From assembly GCA_041736225.1 (NCBI GenBank), contig JBGSUG010000018.1, positions 1 through 46,428 of the forward strand: DNA of 46,428 bases, read 5' to 3'. The notes under the pieces are model-generated. The model made no database searches, was not told the origin of the DNA, and saw nothing but the letters and a program-made list of their open reading frames with translations. This document shows positions 7,928 through 15,933 of this stretch, piece by piece (positions within the stretch are counted from its first letter, which is position 1; each line of letters starts with the position of its first letter). The DNA is from Candidatus Aminicenantales bacterium. Lineage in GTDB: Bacteria > Acidobacteriota > Aminicenantia > Aminicenantales > Saccharicenantaceae. The translations under genes were made by a program, and so were the position numbers.

Positions 7928-10900
7928 TTACCGGTCGATCTCATGCGCCCCGATATCGGGCGCCGCTCCCTTGAGGACGCGGCGGCCGCCGGAGTCGCTG
8001 TAGAGCCAGATTTTCGCGCCATTCGCCCAGGTCAGAGGCGAGGCGAGCGTGATCGTCTTTGTCGCGTAATCGATGGCGGCGATCCGGACAATATTCTCCA
8101 CCGTCCCGACGGCGATCCAATCCGGGAAATGGGTCACGCCGTGAGTCAACGCGGAGCCCCAGCTCCCGTCCTGGAACAGCAGAGCGTCGTCGACGACAAG
8201 GGCGGTGCTCTCGCTTCCCGAGCCGTTCGCCTGCGTCAGGGGGACGCCCGCGTCGACGCAGGGGGACCCGGCCCTCAGGCTTAGATCGGGCAGGACCAGG
8301 CTCGTCTTGGAGGACAGATCCGTGTTCTGGAAATTCGGGTTAAGGCTGAAGTTGTTCTCGTAGGTCACCTGGGGCAGGATGTTCGATGAGCCTACGCGCC
8401 ACTCATTGTAATTATTGTAGACGATGTTGTTCTTGATGACGACGTTTTCGGGCCAGTCATTATAGGTCGTGTAGGACCAGATACAGATCCCGTGTTTGAA
8501 CTGCGTGTCGATGCTCGGATCCCCGAAGCCGTTGGCGAAGAAGCTGTTGTTATAGACCCGGCCCCAGCTGCCGCTGCGGACGGAGCTCTCGTGGACACCC
8601 TGCATTTTGCTGTAATAGCCCATCCCGCCGTTGGCGTAGATGTCGTTGAAGCGCACGACGGTGTGCGCGCCGGCGTTCTCGATCCCGCAGGAGCCGTCGT
8701 CGTCAGGCGGAGTTCCGGCGAAGCCGATCCGGTTGCCTTCGATCAGATTGTGGAAGGCTGTGCCCACGGCGTTTCCGGCGTTCGAGACGTGGATGCAGCG
8801 GTTCCCGAAATAGCCGCTGACGGTGTCGTTGCGGGACGGCGCCGAACCGTAGACGTTCCGGTAGTAGGCCTCTTCGTTGTGGAAGACGTTGTTCTTGACG
8901 ACGTTCCACCGCCCGCCGAGGTCCAGGCAATCGTGTCCGCCGTAGGAGAACACACAGTTCTCGATCGTGTTATGCGCCGTGTTGTCGTTGTAGCCCGCGC
9001 TGAAGCGAACCGTGCCGTTGTCGTTGACGTAGGTTTCGGTTCCGGACTGGGCCAGATCGAGCTTCCCGTACTTGGTGAACACGCAGTGGTGGAACCAGTT
9101 GTGGGTCGATCCGTCGGCCTGTGTCGGGGCCTTCGTGCCGCCGGTATAGCCGACCGAGTAATCGAACGAGCCTGTATCGAACGTGCAGGAGGCGATCTCG
9201 TTGTAGTGGGAGTCAGGACCGATATGATAGAAGCAGGCGCAGTTCAGGAACCTGATCCCGGCTATCTTGATCCAGCTCTTGCGGGATAGGACGAATCCCC
9301 ATCGGCCGTGATCGTCGTCCAAGACGGTGAACACGACGTCATCGGTGCCGTAAGCAGAAAAGACGATCGGACTTCCCTTCAAGCCGGAATGCGAAGGCTG
9401 CAGGGCGTAGGAATATATGCCGCCGCGGAAATAGACGGTGTCGCCGGCCGCTGCGTTGGCGTTGGCCGTGGCGATGGAGGCGCAGGCCGGACCGGTTAGG
9501 GGCGTCTCGCTTCGCGAGCCGGCCCATGTCGCGGCTCCGTTCGGGCTGACCCAGTAGATGGGTTTGGACCCGTCCCCGGACCCGACCAGGATGTTCCGGC
9601 TGGCACTGTGGGACCCCGAAGCGCCGTTCACGACCAGTATGACCGCATACGATCCTGCGGCCGAAAAGGCGTGGGTCGGGTTGCGCTCAGCGCTCGTGGA
9701 CCCGTCGTTGAAGTTCCACTGCCAGGACGATACGTCGCCGGTCGAGAGGTCCGAGAACTGCACCGTCTGGCCTACGTCCGGATAGCTCGGGCTGAAGGTG
9801 AAAGATGCGCTCAGGGCGGCCCCTACGACGACGGTCCGGGTGGAGGTCTTCGAGCCCGAAGCGCCGTTAGCCGTGAGGCTGACGTTGAAGGATCCGGCTT
9901 TGGAGAAGGCATGGGAGGGATGGCGAGAGGTGCTGGTCGAGCCGTCCCCGAAGTTCCAGATCCAGGCCGTCGGACCGCCGGTCGAGGTGTCGGTGAACTG
10001 CACGGATTGGCCCACGGATGGGGCGACTGGCGAGAAGGAGAAGGAGGCGGTGAGCCCGGCGGCCACGACGACGGTCCGGCTCGAGGTCTTGGAGCCGGAG
10101 CTGTTGGTCGTCGTCAGCGTGACGCTGTAAGAGCCGGGCGCCGAGAAGACGTGGATGGGATTATGCGCCGTGCTCGCCAGACCGTCTCCGAAGACCCAGA
10201 GCCAGGCCGTCGGGCTGCCCGTCGAAGTGTCCGTGAATTGAATGGACTGGCCTGCGATCGGGGCGGTCGGGGCATAGGAGAACGAGGACGCCAGGATCGA
10301 CATCGTGGCAACCGTCAGGGATCGGCTGGCCTTCTTCATTCCCGAGCCCGTGGTCGCCGATAGGGATACGGCGTAGGATCCGGCCTTCGCGAAGGCATGG
10401 GTGGGATTCTTCACGGTACTCGTCGCCCCGTCGCCGAAATCCCAGGCCCAGGCCGTGGGGTTTCCCGGTGTCGTATCCGCGAAGGATACGGTCTGCCCGA
10501 CTCCCGGAGACGTCGGGCTGAAAACGAACGAGGCAGCGAGCGTCTCAGGCATGACCGCGAACGTTCGCAGCGTCTTCTTGGTACCGGTCGGGCCCGTGGC
10601 GGTCAGGCTGACCTTGTAGAACCCCGATTTACGGTAGGTGTGCACCTCGTCCTTGCGGGTGCTTGTCCGGCCGTCGCCGAAATCCCACAGCCAGAATCTG
10701 ACATCACCCGTCGAGGTCCCCTTGAAGGAGACGGGCTGCCCTTGGACAGGGACGGCCGGGGAAAAAGAGAGCGCGACCCTGAAATCGCTGACAGAGAGCC
10801 GGGCGAGACGTTCGATGCTCTTCTGGGCCGCCGCCGGAGCGGACAGCCAGGAGAGGGCGGTGGCGCAGAGCAGCATGGTCCGCAACATCCCGACGGATTT

Positions 10901-10936
10901 CGTAGGAGGCGTAGTGGGTCTGGGGTGTGATCTCAT
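7928..10936 (-). CDS. Secreted protein: signal peptide, 5 tandem PKD domains, C-terminal right-handed parallel beta-helix domain (polysaccharide lyase/hydrolase/epimerase-like)
   Basis: Signal peptide MLRTMLLCATALSWLSAPAAAQ. Five repeats carry W-x-FGDG-x-TS. The beta-helix part has repeated N-rich turns (NNVFHNEEA, IEGNRIGFAG, VIKNNIVYNN) and ends in DIGAHE. ATG 10936 is preferred (AAGGA SD-like 4-5 nt upstream); alternatives are ATG 10960, TTG 10987 and ATG 10888. Confidence 0.85.
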   Translation of the reverse strand: MRSHPRPTTPPTKSVGMLRTMLLCATALSWLSAPAAAQKSIERLARLSVSDFRVALSFSPAVPVQGQPVSFKGTSTGDVRFWLWDFGDGRTSTRKDEVHTYRKSGFYKVSLTATGPTGTKKTLRTFAVMPETLAASFVFSPTSPGVGQTVSFADTTPGNPTAWAWDFGDGATSTVKNPTHAFAKAGSYAVSLSATTGSGMKKASRSLTVATMSILASSFSYAPTAPIAGQSIQFTDTSTGSPTAWLWVFGDGLASTAHNPIHVFSAPGSYSVTLTTTNSSGSKTSSRTVVVAAGLTASFSFSPVAPSVGQSVQFTDTSTGGPTAWIWNFGDGSTSTSRHPSHAFSKAGSFNVSLTANGASGSKTSTRTVVVGAALSASFTFSPSYPDVGQTVQFSDLSTGDVSSWQWNFNDGSTSAERNPTHAFSAAGSYAVILVVNGASGSHSASRNILVGSGDGSKPIYWVSPNGAATWAGSRSETPLTGPACASIATANANAAAGDTVYFRGGIYSYALQPSHSGLKGSPIVFSAYGTDDVVFTVLDDDHGRWGFVLSRKSWIKIAGIRFLNCACFYHIGPDSHYNEIASCTFDTGSFDYSVGYTGGTKAPTQADGSTHNWFHHCVFTKYGKLDLAQSGTETYVNDNGTVRFSAGYNDNTAHNTIENCVFSYGGHDCLDLGGRWNVVKNNVFHNEEAYYRNVYGSAPSRNDTVSGYFGNRCIHVSNAGNAVGTAFHNLIEGNRIGFAGTPPDDDGSCGIENAGAHTVVRFNDIYANGGMGYYSKMQGVHESSVRSGSWGRVYNNSFFANGFGDPSIDTQFKHGICIWSYTTYNDWPENVVIKNNIVYNNYNEWRVGSSNILPQVTYENNFSLNPNFQNTDLSSKTSLVLPDLSLRAGSPCVDAGVPLTQANGSGSESTALVVDDALLFQDGSWGSALTHGVTHFPDWIAVGTVENIVRIAAIDYATKTITLASPLTWANGAKIWLYSDSGGRRVLKGAAPDIGAHEIDR
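9584..10780 (-). repeat. Coding tandem repeat: five PKD-domain units of about 88 aa (about 264 nt)
   Basis: Repeat cores are WDFGDGRTS, WDFGDGATS, WVFGDGLAS, WNFGDGSTS and WNFNDGSTS. Each is preceded by SF-x-FSP...GQ-x-V-x-F-x-D-x-S-x-G and followed by H-x-F...G-x-Y-x-V-x-L. Confidence 0.85.
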
Positions 10937-11033
10937 CGTATCCTTCGTTCCTTGGCGCATTTCGAATCCAACGGGACGATTCTCCAATAATCGCCGGGGG
11001 AAGGGGTCACCCTTTTAGGGGATTGCCGCGAGC

Positions 11034-11062
11034 ATTATCGGCCTGAGCGACTAGCCGTACAA
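11034..11062 (-). promoter_or_regulatory. Candidate promoter for the PKD/beta-helix gene
   Basis: On the minus strand: TTGTAC (11062-11057), 17-nt spacer, GATAAT (11039-11034). It lies in a locally AT-rich intergenic region. Motif match only. Confidence 0.3.
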
Positions 11063-11203
11063 TCTCAGGAAAACGGCTTCGGAGGACGAATGGAGGGAGA
11101 TCGATCTGGCAGAAGGAGGTCTTTCGTCCGAAGAAAGTGTTAAATAATATGAAGATAATAAATCAAATAGAGAGGAATCGCACTCTTCCGAAGCCCCGGG
11201 TCT

Positions 11204-12922
11204 TCAGCGGTCCGGCCAGAAACCCGCATATTCGTGAGCACCGATGTCGGAAGCTGGTCCATGGAGGACCCGCCGACCCCTGGAATCGCGGACCAGCCAG
11301 ACGGGGGCTCGCACTCGCCAGTTTGAGGGCTCGGTCAGGTGGATAACCTTCCGTCCGTAGTCGATCGACTTGATCTGAACGGTATTGTCGACGGACCCGA
11401 CGGCGATCCAGTCCGCCCCGACATCTGAAAGCGCCGAGCCCCAGGTCCCGTCCTGAAAGAAGAGAGGATCGGCGACAACGAGCCTCGTGGATCCGATGCC
11501 GGTCTCTTTCGCCTCCGTGAGGGGGACTCCTCTATCGATACACCGGGAATCCTTTTGGATCTGCAAGTCGGGGAGGATAGGGCTGAGCTTGTCCGTCATG
11601 TCCGGATCGACAAAACCGGGCTTGCCGTTAAAATTATTGGCATAAACGATTTGCGGGAGGATGTTGTCCGAGCCGACGCGCCACTCGTTGTAATTGTCGC
11701 TGACGATATTGTTCTTGATGACGATATCCTGGGGCCAATCGTCATGGGAGCGGTAGGACCAGATGCAGATCCCATGCTTGAATTGCTTGTCGATGCCGGG
11801 ATCGCCGAAGCCGTTGCGATAGATGGTGTTATTGTACACCCTGGCCCAGCTGCCGCTCCGGACCGGGCTGTCATACACGGCCTGCATTTTGCTGTAGAAA
11901 CCCATACCGCCGTTGCCGTAGATGTCGTTGTAGCGGGCGACCGTGTGGGCCCCGGCGTTCTCTATCCCGCACGATCCGTCGTCGTCCGGCGGCGTCCCGG
12001 CGTAGCCGATACGGTTCCCTTCGATCAGGGTGTGGTGGGCGGTGCCGGGGCCGTCTCCGGCATTCGTGACGTGGATGCACCTGTTCCCGAAATAGCCGCT
12101 GAGCGGCGTGTTCTCAGCAGCTTTGGCCGTGTCCGCGAACCAGGCTTCTTCGTTATGGAAGACGTTGTTCCTGACGACGTTGAACTTCCCGCCTATGTCC
12201 AGGTTGTCGTGGCCGCCGTAGAAGAACACATTGTCCTCGAAGGTGTTGTGGGCGGAGGGATCGGACTTGCCGCCCGAGATCCTGACGGTCCCGCTGTCGT
12301 TTCCCCCGGAGATGCTGCCGTACCTCGAGAAGACGTTATGGTGGAGCCAGTTGTGGTTCGAGCCCTGACCTTCGCCGCGAAGCCCCGTGCCGAGATTCGA
12401 GATGAGGCCCAGCGAGTAGATGTGGGAGCTTCGATCGAACGTGCAGTGGGCGATCTCGTTGTAACTGGACCCGTAGCCGATCCAGAAGAAAGCCAGAGAG
12501 CCGCGGCTGACCAACCCGATGACCCGGATGAAGCTTCTCCCGTCGAGCCTGATGGCCCAGCGTCCCTTGGCCTCCGTGTCAACGATGAACAGCGGCGTTT
12601 CGCCTTGATGCCGCACGAAGGTGATCGGGCTCTCCCGGGTCCCCGAATGAGCCGGAGCAATGGATGAGTCATAGGTTCCGCCGCGGAGATAGACCGTGTC
12701 CCCGGCCATCGCTTTGGCGTTGGCGGTGGCTAGAGAAGCGCACGCCGGCCCCGACAGGGGAGTTTGGTTGCGGGCGTCTGACCAGGCCGCGCCTCCTGTT
12801 GGGCTGACCCAGTAAATATCTTCCTGTCCCGTTTCCGTGGCGGCTTGGGAGGCGGCGATTAAAAGCGATAAAATCAGGACGGCCATCATCCGAAGGGCGG
12901 ATCCGACGTCCCTCCTGTACAT
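11204..12922 (-). CDS. Secreted right-handed parallel beta-helix protein, paralogue of the C-terminal domain of 7928-10936
   Basis: Signal peptide MMAVLILSLLIAASQA. Long near-identical runs with the neighbour, for example LIEGNRIG[FY]AGTPPDDDGSCGIENAGAHTV, VRSGSW[GA]RVYNN, FKHGICIWSY and NEWRVGS[SD]NILPQ. ATG 12922 is preferred (ATG 12889 also possible); the tracked start 13015 adds a non-signal-like extension. Confidence 0.85.
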   Translation of the reverse strand: MYRRDVGSALRMMAVLILSLLIAASQAATETGQEDIYWVSPTGGAAWSDARNQTPLSGPACASLATANAKAMAGDTVYLRGGTYDSSIAPAHSGTRESPITFVRHQGETPLFIVDTEAKGRWAIRLDGRSFIRVIGLVSRGSLAFFWIGYGSSYNEIAHCTFDRSSHIYSLGLISNLGTGLRGEGQGSNHNWLHHNVFSRYGSISGGNDSGTVRISGGKSDPSAHNTFEDNVFFYGGHDNLDIGGKFNVVRNNVFHNEEAWFADTAKAAENTPLSGYFGNRCIHVTNAGDGPGTAHHTLIEGNRIGYAGTPPDDDGSCGIENAGAHTVARYNDIYGNGGMGFYSKMQAVYDSPVRSGSWARVYNNTIYRNGFGDPGIDKQFKHGICIWSYRSHDDWPQDIVIKNNIVSDNYNEWRVGSDNILPQIVYANNFNGKPGFVDPDMTDKLSPILPDLQIQKDSRCIDRGVPLTEAKETGIGSTRLVVADPLFFQDGTWGSALSDVGADWIAVGSVDNTVQIKSIDYGRKVIHLTEPSNWRVRAPVWLVRDSRGRRVLHGPASDIGAHEYAGFWPDR

Positions 12923-13017
12923 CTCGAAAACAGCGCGGGGCTTGAGACCGTCCCGTATCCGTGGTCTCGTTGACGTCGATGGGGAGCTGGTCGCCAATGT
13001 CGCCCTGAGGGACATCC

Positions 13018-13932
13018 TCAGAAATCCCGTTTCTTACGGAGCTCGATCCCCAAGAACGCCGCCAACCGGCTCAGGTGATAGGCTCCGCCTTCGAGGCACT
13101 TCATCCAGACCCGCGCGCCCAGGCAGAAACAGACCGGAAATGAGACGGCGTACCCCCCCGCCGACAGGGCCGACTTGACCACGGCGGTCCCCGATCTCAG
13201 CAGGCTGCGCTCGGCCGCGATGTATTTCTGGGCGTTGAACCCGTTGACCAGCGCCCGGCGCACGAAGTAGTTCTTGCTCCAACGCTCCGGCGGCACGATC
13301 TCATGAACCGGAGCCTCATCGACCGCAATGAACCGGAAGCCCCCCCCCATCGCCTGTTTGAAGAAGGCCTGATCCGATCCGCCGGTCCTGTACGCGACGT
13401 CGAAGCGGAGGCCGTCCCGATCGAACACCTGTTTCTTGATCAGGACGTTGCCCGAGCATGTCTGGTTCCACTGCAGCAGGGTTCCCGTCCGCCGACGGGG
13501 CAGATCGAGCAGTCCGCTCTTGATGAGCCAGGCCGGGGGCGGGCTCTCGAAAAAAGGCAGGACCGGCCCCAACGCGCCGTCAACGCCGAAGGTCTTGATA
13601 CCTTCGTAGAGCGTGACCAGCCAATCCGGCGGGGGGAACTCGTCGTCGTCGATGATCGCGATGTATTGGCCGCGGGCCAGCCGCAGAGCGTGGTTCCTGG
13701 CGGCGGGGATGGACTTTTCGGGTTCGATGGCGTAGAGGATTGCCAGGGACGGCAGCTCGGAACGGAGACGCTCGACCTCCGCGCGGGCCGGCCCTTCGGC
13801 ATCGTTGTCGACGACGACCGCGGAGAAGGTGAACAGTCCGTCCGTCCGCTGGAGAGCGAGATCCTGCAGGAGCCTGGCCAACATGAGGTGCCGGCGGTAG
13901 GTGCAGACGCAGACCGTGATGTGGTCGGCCAT
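13018..13932 (-). CDS. Glycosyltransferase family 2 (GT-A)
   Basis: MADHITVCVCTYRRHLMLARLL, VVVDNDAEG and IAIIDDDEFPPPDW (DxD). Only the last 304 codons of the tracked 916-aa ORF are credible. ATG 13932 has GGAGGA 5 nt upstream. Confidence 0.85.
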   Translation of the reverse strand: MADHITVCVCTYRRHLMLARLLQDLALQRTDGLFTFSAVVVDNDAEGPARAEVERLRSELPSLAILYAIEPEKSIPAARNHALRLARGQYIAIIDDDEFPPPDWLVTLYEGIKTFGVDGALGPVLPFFESPPPAWLIKSGLLDLPRRRTGTLLQWNQTCSGNVLIKKQVFDRDGLRFDVAYRTGGSDQAFFKQAMGGGFRFIAVDEAPVHEIVPPERWSKNYFVRRALVNGFNAQKYIAAERSLLRSGTAVVKSALSAGGYAVSFPVCFCLGARVWMKCLEGGAYHLSRLAAFLGIELRKKRDF

Positions 13933-13949
13933 GGCGTTCCTCCGGGCCC

Positions 13950-13978
13950 AGTATAGCGAACAATTCGTGGCAGGACAA
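13950..13978 (-). promoter_or_regulatory. Candidate sigma70-type promoter for GT2 13932 (minus strand)
   Basis: On the minus strand: TTGTCC (13978-13973), 17-nt spacer, TATACT (13955-13950). It sits 17 nt upstream of ATG 13932. Confidence 0.4.
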
Positions 13979-14017
13979 AGCGAATTCTTCCGCCCCGCCG
14001 GCCGCCGGGAGAGGCAG

Positions 14018-14046
14018 TTGACTTCATGTATTCCGGGCGATATATT
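14018..14046 (+). promoter_or_regulatory. Candidate sigma70-type promoter for the enolase-like / histidine phosphatase pair
   Basis: TTGACT (14018-14023), 17-nt spacer, TATATT (14041-14046). A purine-rich SD (GGAGAGAGGAGAA) lies just before ATG 14107. Confidence 0.5.
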
Positions 14047-14106
14047 GATTTTCCCGATTGCCCCCGGCCGGCCGGGAGGCGCGCCGGACGGAGAGAGGAG
14101 AACGCG

Positions 14107-15279
14107 ATGCCCGCGATCAGGAAGATAGCCTGCCGGAGGATCCTCAACTCCCACGTCGAGTTCACCAACGAGTTCATCATCGAGCTCGAAGACGGGGCCG
14201 TCGGCATCGGGGGCTCGCCGCAAGGGGAGACCATCAGCATCTACGAAGACAAGAAAATCTGGATCGGCCCCGAGACGGTCATCCGGAAGCTGGAAGCGGC
14301 CGGCGTCGTCGGCCCGGAGATCGATCAGGCGGGATTCGACGTTGTCCTGGAGCGGGAGATCCCGAATATTGGCAGGAACAACGCCTTCAGCCTGTCGCTG
14401 GCCTTCTTCAATGCGACGCGAGAAGCCCGGACGCTGAACGAGCTTTTCAGCCTGCCGCCGGCCAAGCTGACGCCGCCCCGGCTGTGCCTGAACATCCTCA
14501 ACGGGGGCTGGCACGCCTACACCAATCCCGTGTTGAGCGATTTTCACGAGTACATCCTCGTCGCCAGGAGCACGGACCTCGAAACCGTGATCGCCGACCA
14601 TAACGAGGTCCAGAAAGCGGTAAGAGAGAAGCTTAGCGGCCAGACCAAGACCGTCGTCTCGGGCAACCCGGTCAACCGCTTCGCCACGGCCGACAACAGG
14701 GAATGCATCGATTTCCTGCTCAAGGTCCGGGACGGCCTGGGCCTTGCGGACAAGTACGATCTGATGGTCGATGCCTCGGCCGGCGATCTCTGGACCGACG
14801 GGGGGTATCGGCTGCCCATCACCGACGGTTCGATCCGGACCCCCGAGCAGTTCTACGACTATTGGATGGACATCATCCGCCAATATGGTCTCCGTATCCT
14901 CGAGGACCCGTTCCGCGAGCAGGATCCGGAGAGTTGGACCCGGCTGACGGCTGCCCAAGAGGCTTGCTGGACCATCGGGGATAACTTCTATTCGTCGAGC
15001 GCCGAACGGATCGAGGAAGGCGCGGCCCACCGGCGCACGCACGGGGCCGTCATCAAGCCCAACCAAGCCGGCACCGTCACGGCCGTCCGGCGGGCGGTCG
15101 AGGCCTGCCAGAGGACCGGGCAGATCGCCATCACTTCCCACAGATCCATCAGCACCGAAGAGACCTTCATCTCCACGCTCACCTGCCTGTACGGCGTCGG
15201 ATACATCAAGATCGGTCCTCTCACGACGGACTACTCGTCGGTCCTGCGGCTGAACGCGATCATCAGGCTCACGGAGTAG
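14107..15279 (+). CDS. Divergent enolase-family protein (true-enolase branch, atypical active site)
   Basis: By-eye alignment to canonical enolase gives: LNILNGGWHA...FHEYILV (NGGxHA..QEFMI), LMVDASAGD (metal Asp), ILEDPFREQDPESW (IEDPF), IGDNFYSS (GDDL), VIKPNQAGT (KxNQIGT), ITSHRSISTEET (SHRSGETED) and YIKIGP (QIKTG). ATG 14107 is preferred over tracked 14026 because of the SD and the N-terminal MPAIRKIACRRILNS, which resembles the enolase N-terminus. Confidence 0.75.
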   Translation: MPAIRKIACRRILNSHVEFTNEFIIELEDGAVGIGGSPQGETISIYEDKKIWIGPETVIRKLEAAGVVGPEIDQAGFDVVLEREIPNIGRNNAFSLSLAFFNATREARTLNELFSLPPAKLTPPRLCLNILNGGWHAYTNPVLSDFHEYILVARSTDLETVIADHNEVQKAVREKLSGQTKTVVSGNPVNRFATADNRECIDFLLKVRDGLGLADKYDLMVDASAGDLWTDGGYRLPITDGSIRTPEQFYDYWMDIIRQYGLRILEDPFREQDPESWTRLTAAQEACWTIGDNFYSSSAERIEEGAAHRRTHGAVIKPNQAGTVTAVRRAVEACQRTGQIAITSHRSISTEETFISTLTCLYGVGYIKIGPLTTDYSSVLRLNAIIRLTE

Positions 15280-15285
15280 ACTATC

Positions 15286-15912
15286 ATGCCGGTCCATACC
15301 ACCATCAGCACAATGCGGCACGCGCATACCCGTTACAACGCCGAGAAGAGGTACGCCGGGACCATCGACATCCCCCTGAGCCCGCTCGGCGTGCGGGACG
15401 CCCGGAAGGCGGCGGCGAAGCTGGCCGGGGCGGGCTTCGACGTGGTGGTGACGTCGACCCAGAAAAGGGCCTATCAAACGGCCGAGATACTGTTCGGGGA
15501 CAGGGTCCGCATCGTCCGGAACAAGCTCTGCAACGAACGCCGGTTCGGGGTGATGGAGGGATTGACCTGGGACGACATCCAGACCCTCGATCCCCCCATC
15601 CTCATGATCCGGGTCGGGGCGGACTTGCACACCGTCAATCCCCGGGGCGGAGAACCGTTCGAGGAGGTCTGGGAGAGGGCCAAGAAGTTCCACCGGTTCG
15701 TATTCGAGAAATACGCCGGCTCGGACGTCCTCGTCGTCTCCCACGGGGTGTTCCTGCAGATGTTCCACGGCGTGCTCAGGGGTTTGAACTGCATCGAATC
15801 CCTAACCAGTTATCCGGCCAACCTCGAGATGGACCGGTTCCGCTTCGTCGGCCGCCGTCTGGCGGACGAGGAAGTCGTGAGACTGTCCGACGCCGTTCTT
15901 TTCAAATGGTAG
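15286..15912 (+). CDS. Histidine phosphatase family protein (cofactor-dependent phosphoglycerate-mutase-like)
   Basis: Catalytic RHA-x-T motif (TMRHAHTRYN), TSTQKRAYQTAEIL, and a second His in VVSHGVFLQM. Starts 7 nt after the enolase-like stop. Confidence 0.8.
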   Translation: MPVHTTISTMRHAHTRYNAEKRYAGTIDIPLSPLGVRDARKAAAKLAGAGFDVVVTSTQKRAYQTAEILFGDRVRIVRNKLCNERRFGVMEGLTWDDIQTLDPPILMIRVGADLHTVNPRGGEPFEEVWERAKKFHRFVFEKYAGSDVLVVSHGVFLQMFHGVLRGLNCIESLTSYPANLEMDRFRFVGRRLADEEVVRLSDAVLFKW

Positions 15913-15933
15913 GGGAGGGGCCTGGCCGCCGTC

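Noticed and set aside
9584-10780. Regular periodicity of about 264 nt (and about 180 nt at 42827-44137) that could be mistaken for a CRISPR or satellite array
   Set aside because: The repeats are long, imperfect and in-frame, and they translate to PKD and Kelch domains. There are no short identical direct repeats with unique spacers, and no cas genes.
10956-10975. TTCGAATCC, a T-loop-like tRNA motif
   Set aside because: The flanking sequence cannot form a T-stem or an acceptor stem. It lies within the 5-prime region of the PKD gene.
11077-11133. Imperfect inverted repeat CTTCGGA(GGA)CGAA ... TTCGTCCGAAG enclosing the 10-nt palindrome AGATCGATCT (11098-11107)
   Set aside because: The stem is interrupted by a 3-nt bulge, has a loop of about 31 nt and has only a weak T-run on the minus strand. 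That is not convincing as a terminator for gene 11204-12922. It might be a regulator site, but the evidence is insufficient.
8492-12667. Plus-strand ORFs 8492..9289, 9608..10363, 10397..10930 and 11555..12667
   Set aside because: All are antisense to the two beta-helix/PKD genes, which have signal peptides and repeated domains. These ORFs are V/D/G/A/R-rich shadows without motifs.
13933-15768. The upstream two-thirds of the tracked 916-aa minus-strand ORF 13018..15768
   Set aside because: It is antisense to the enolase-like and histidine-phosphatase genes and has extreme R/P/G/D/V composition. It also crosses a promoter-containing intergenic region. Only the final 304 codons, from ATG 13932, show GT2 motifs.
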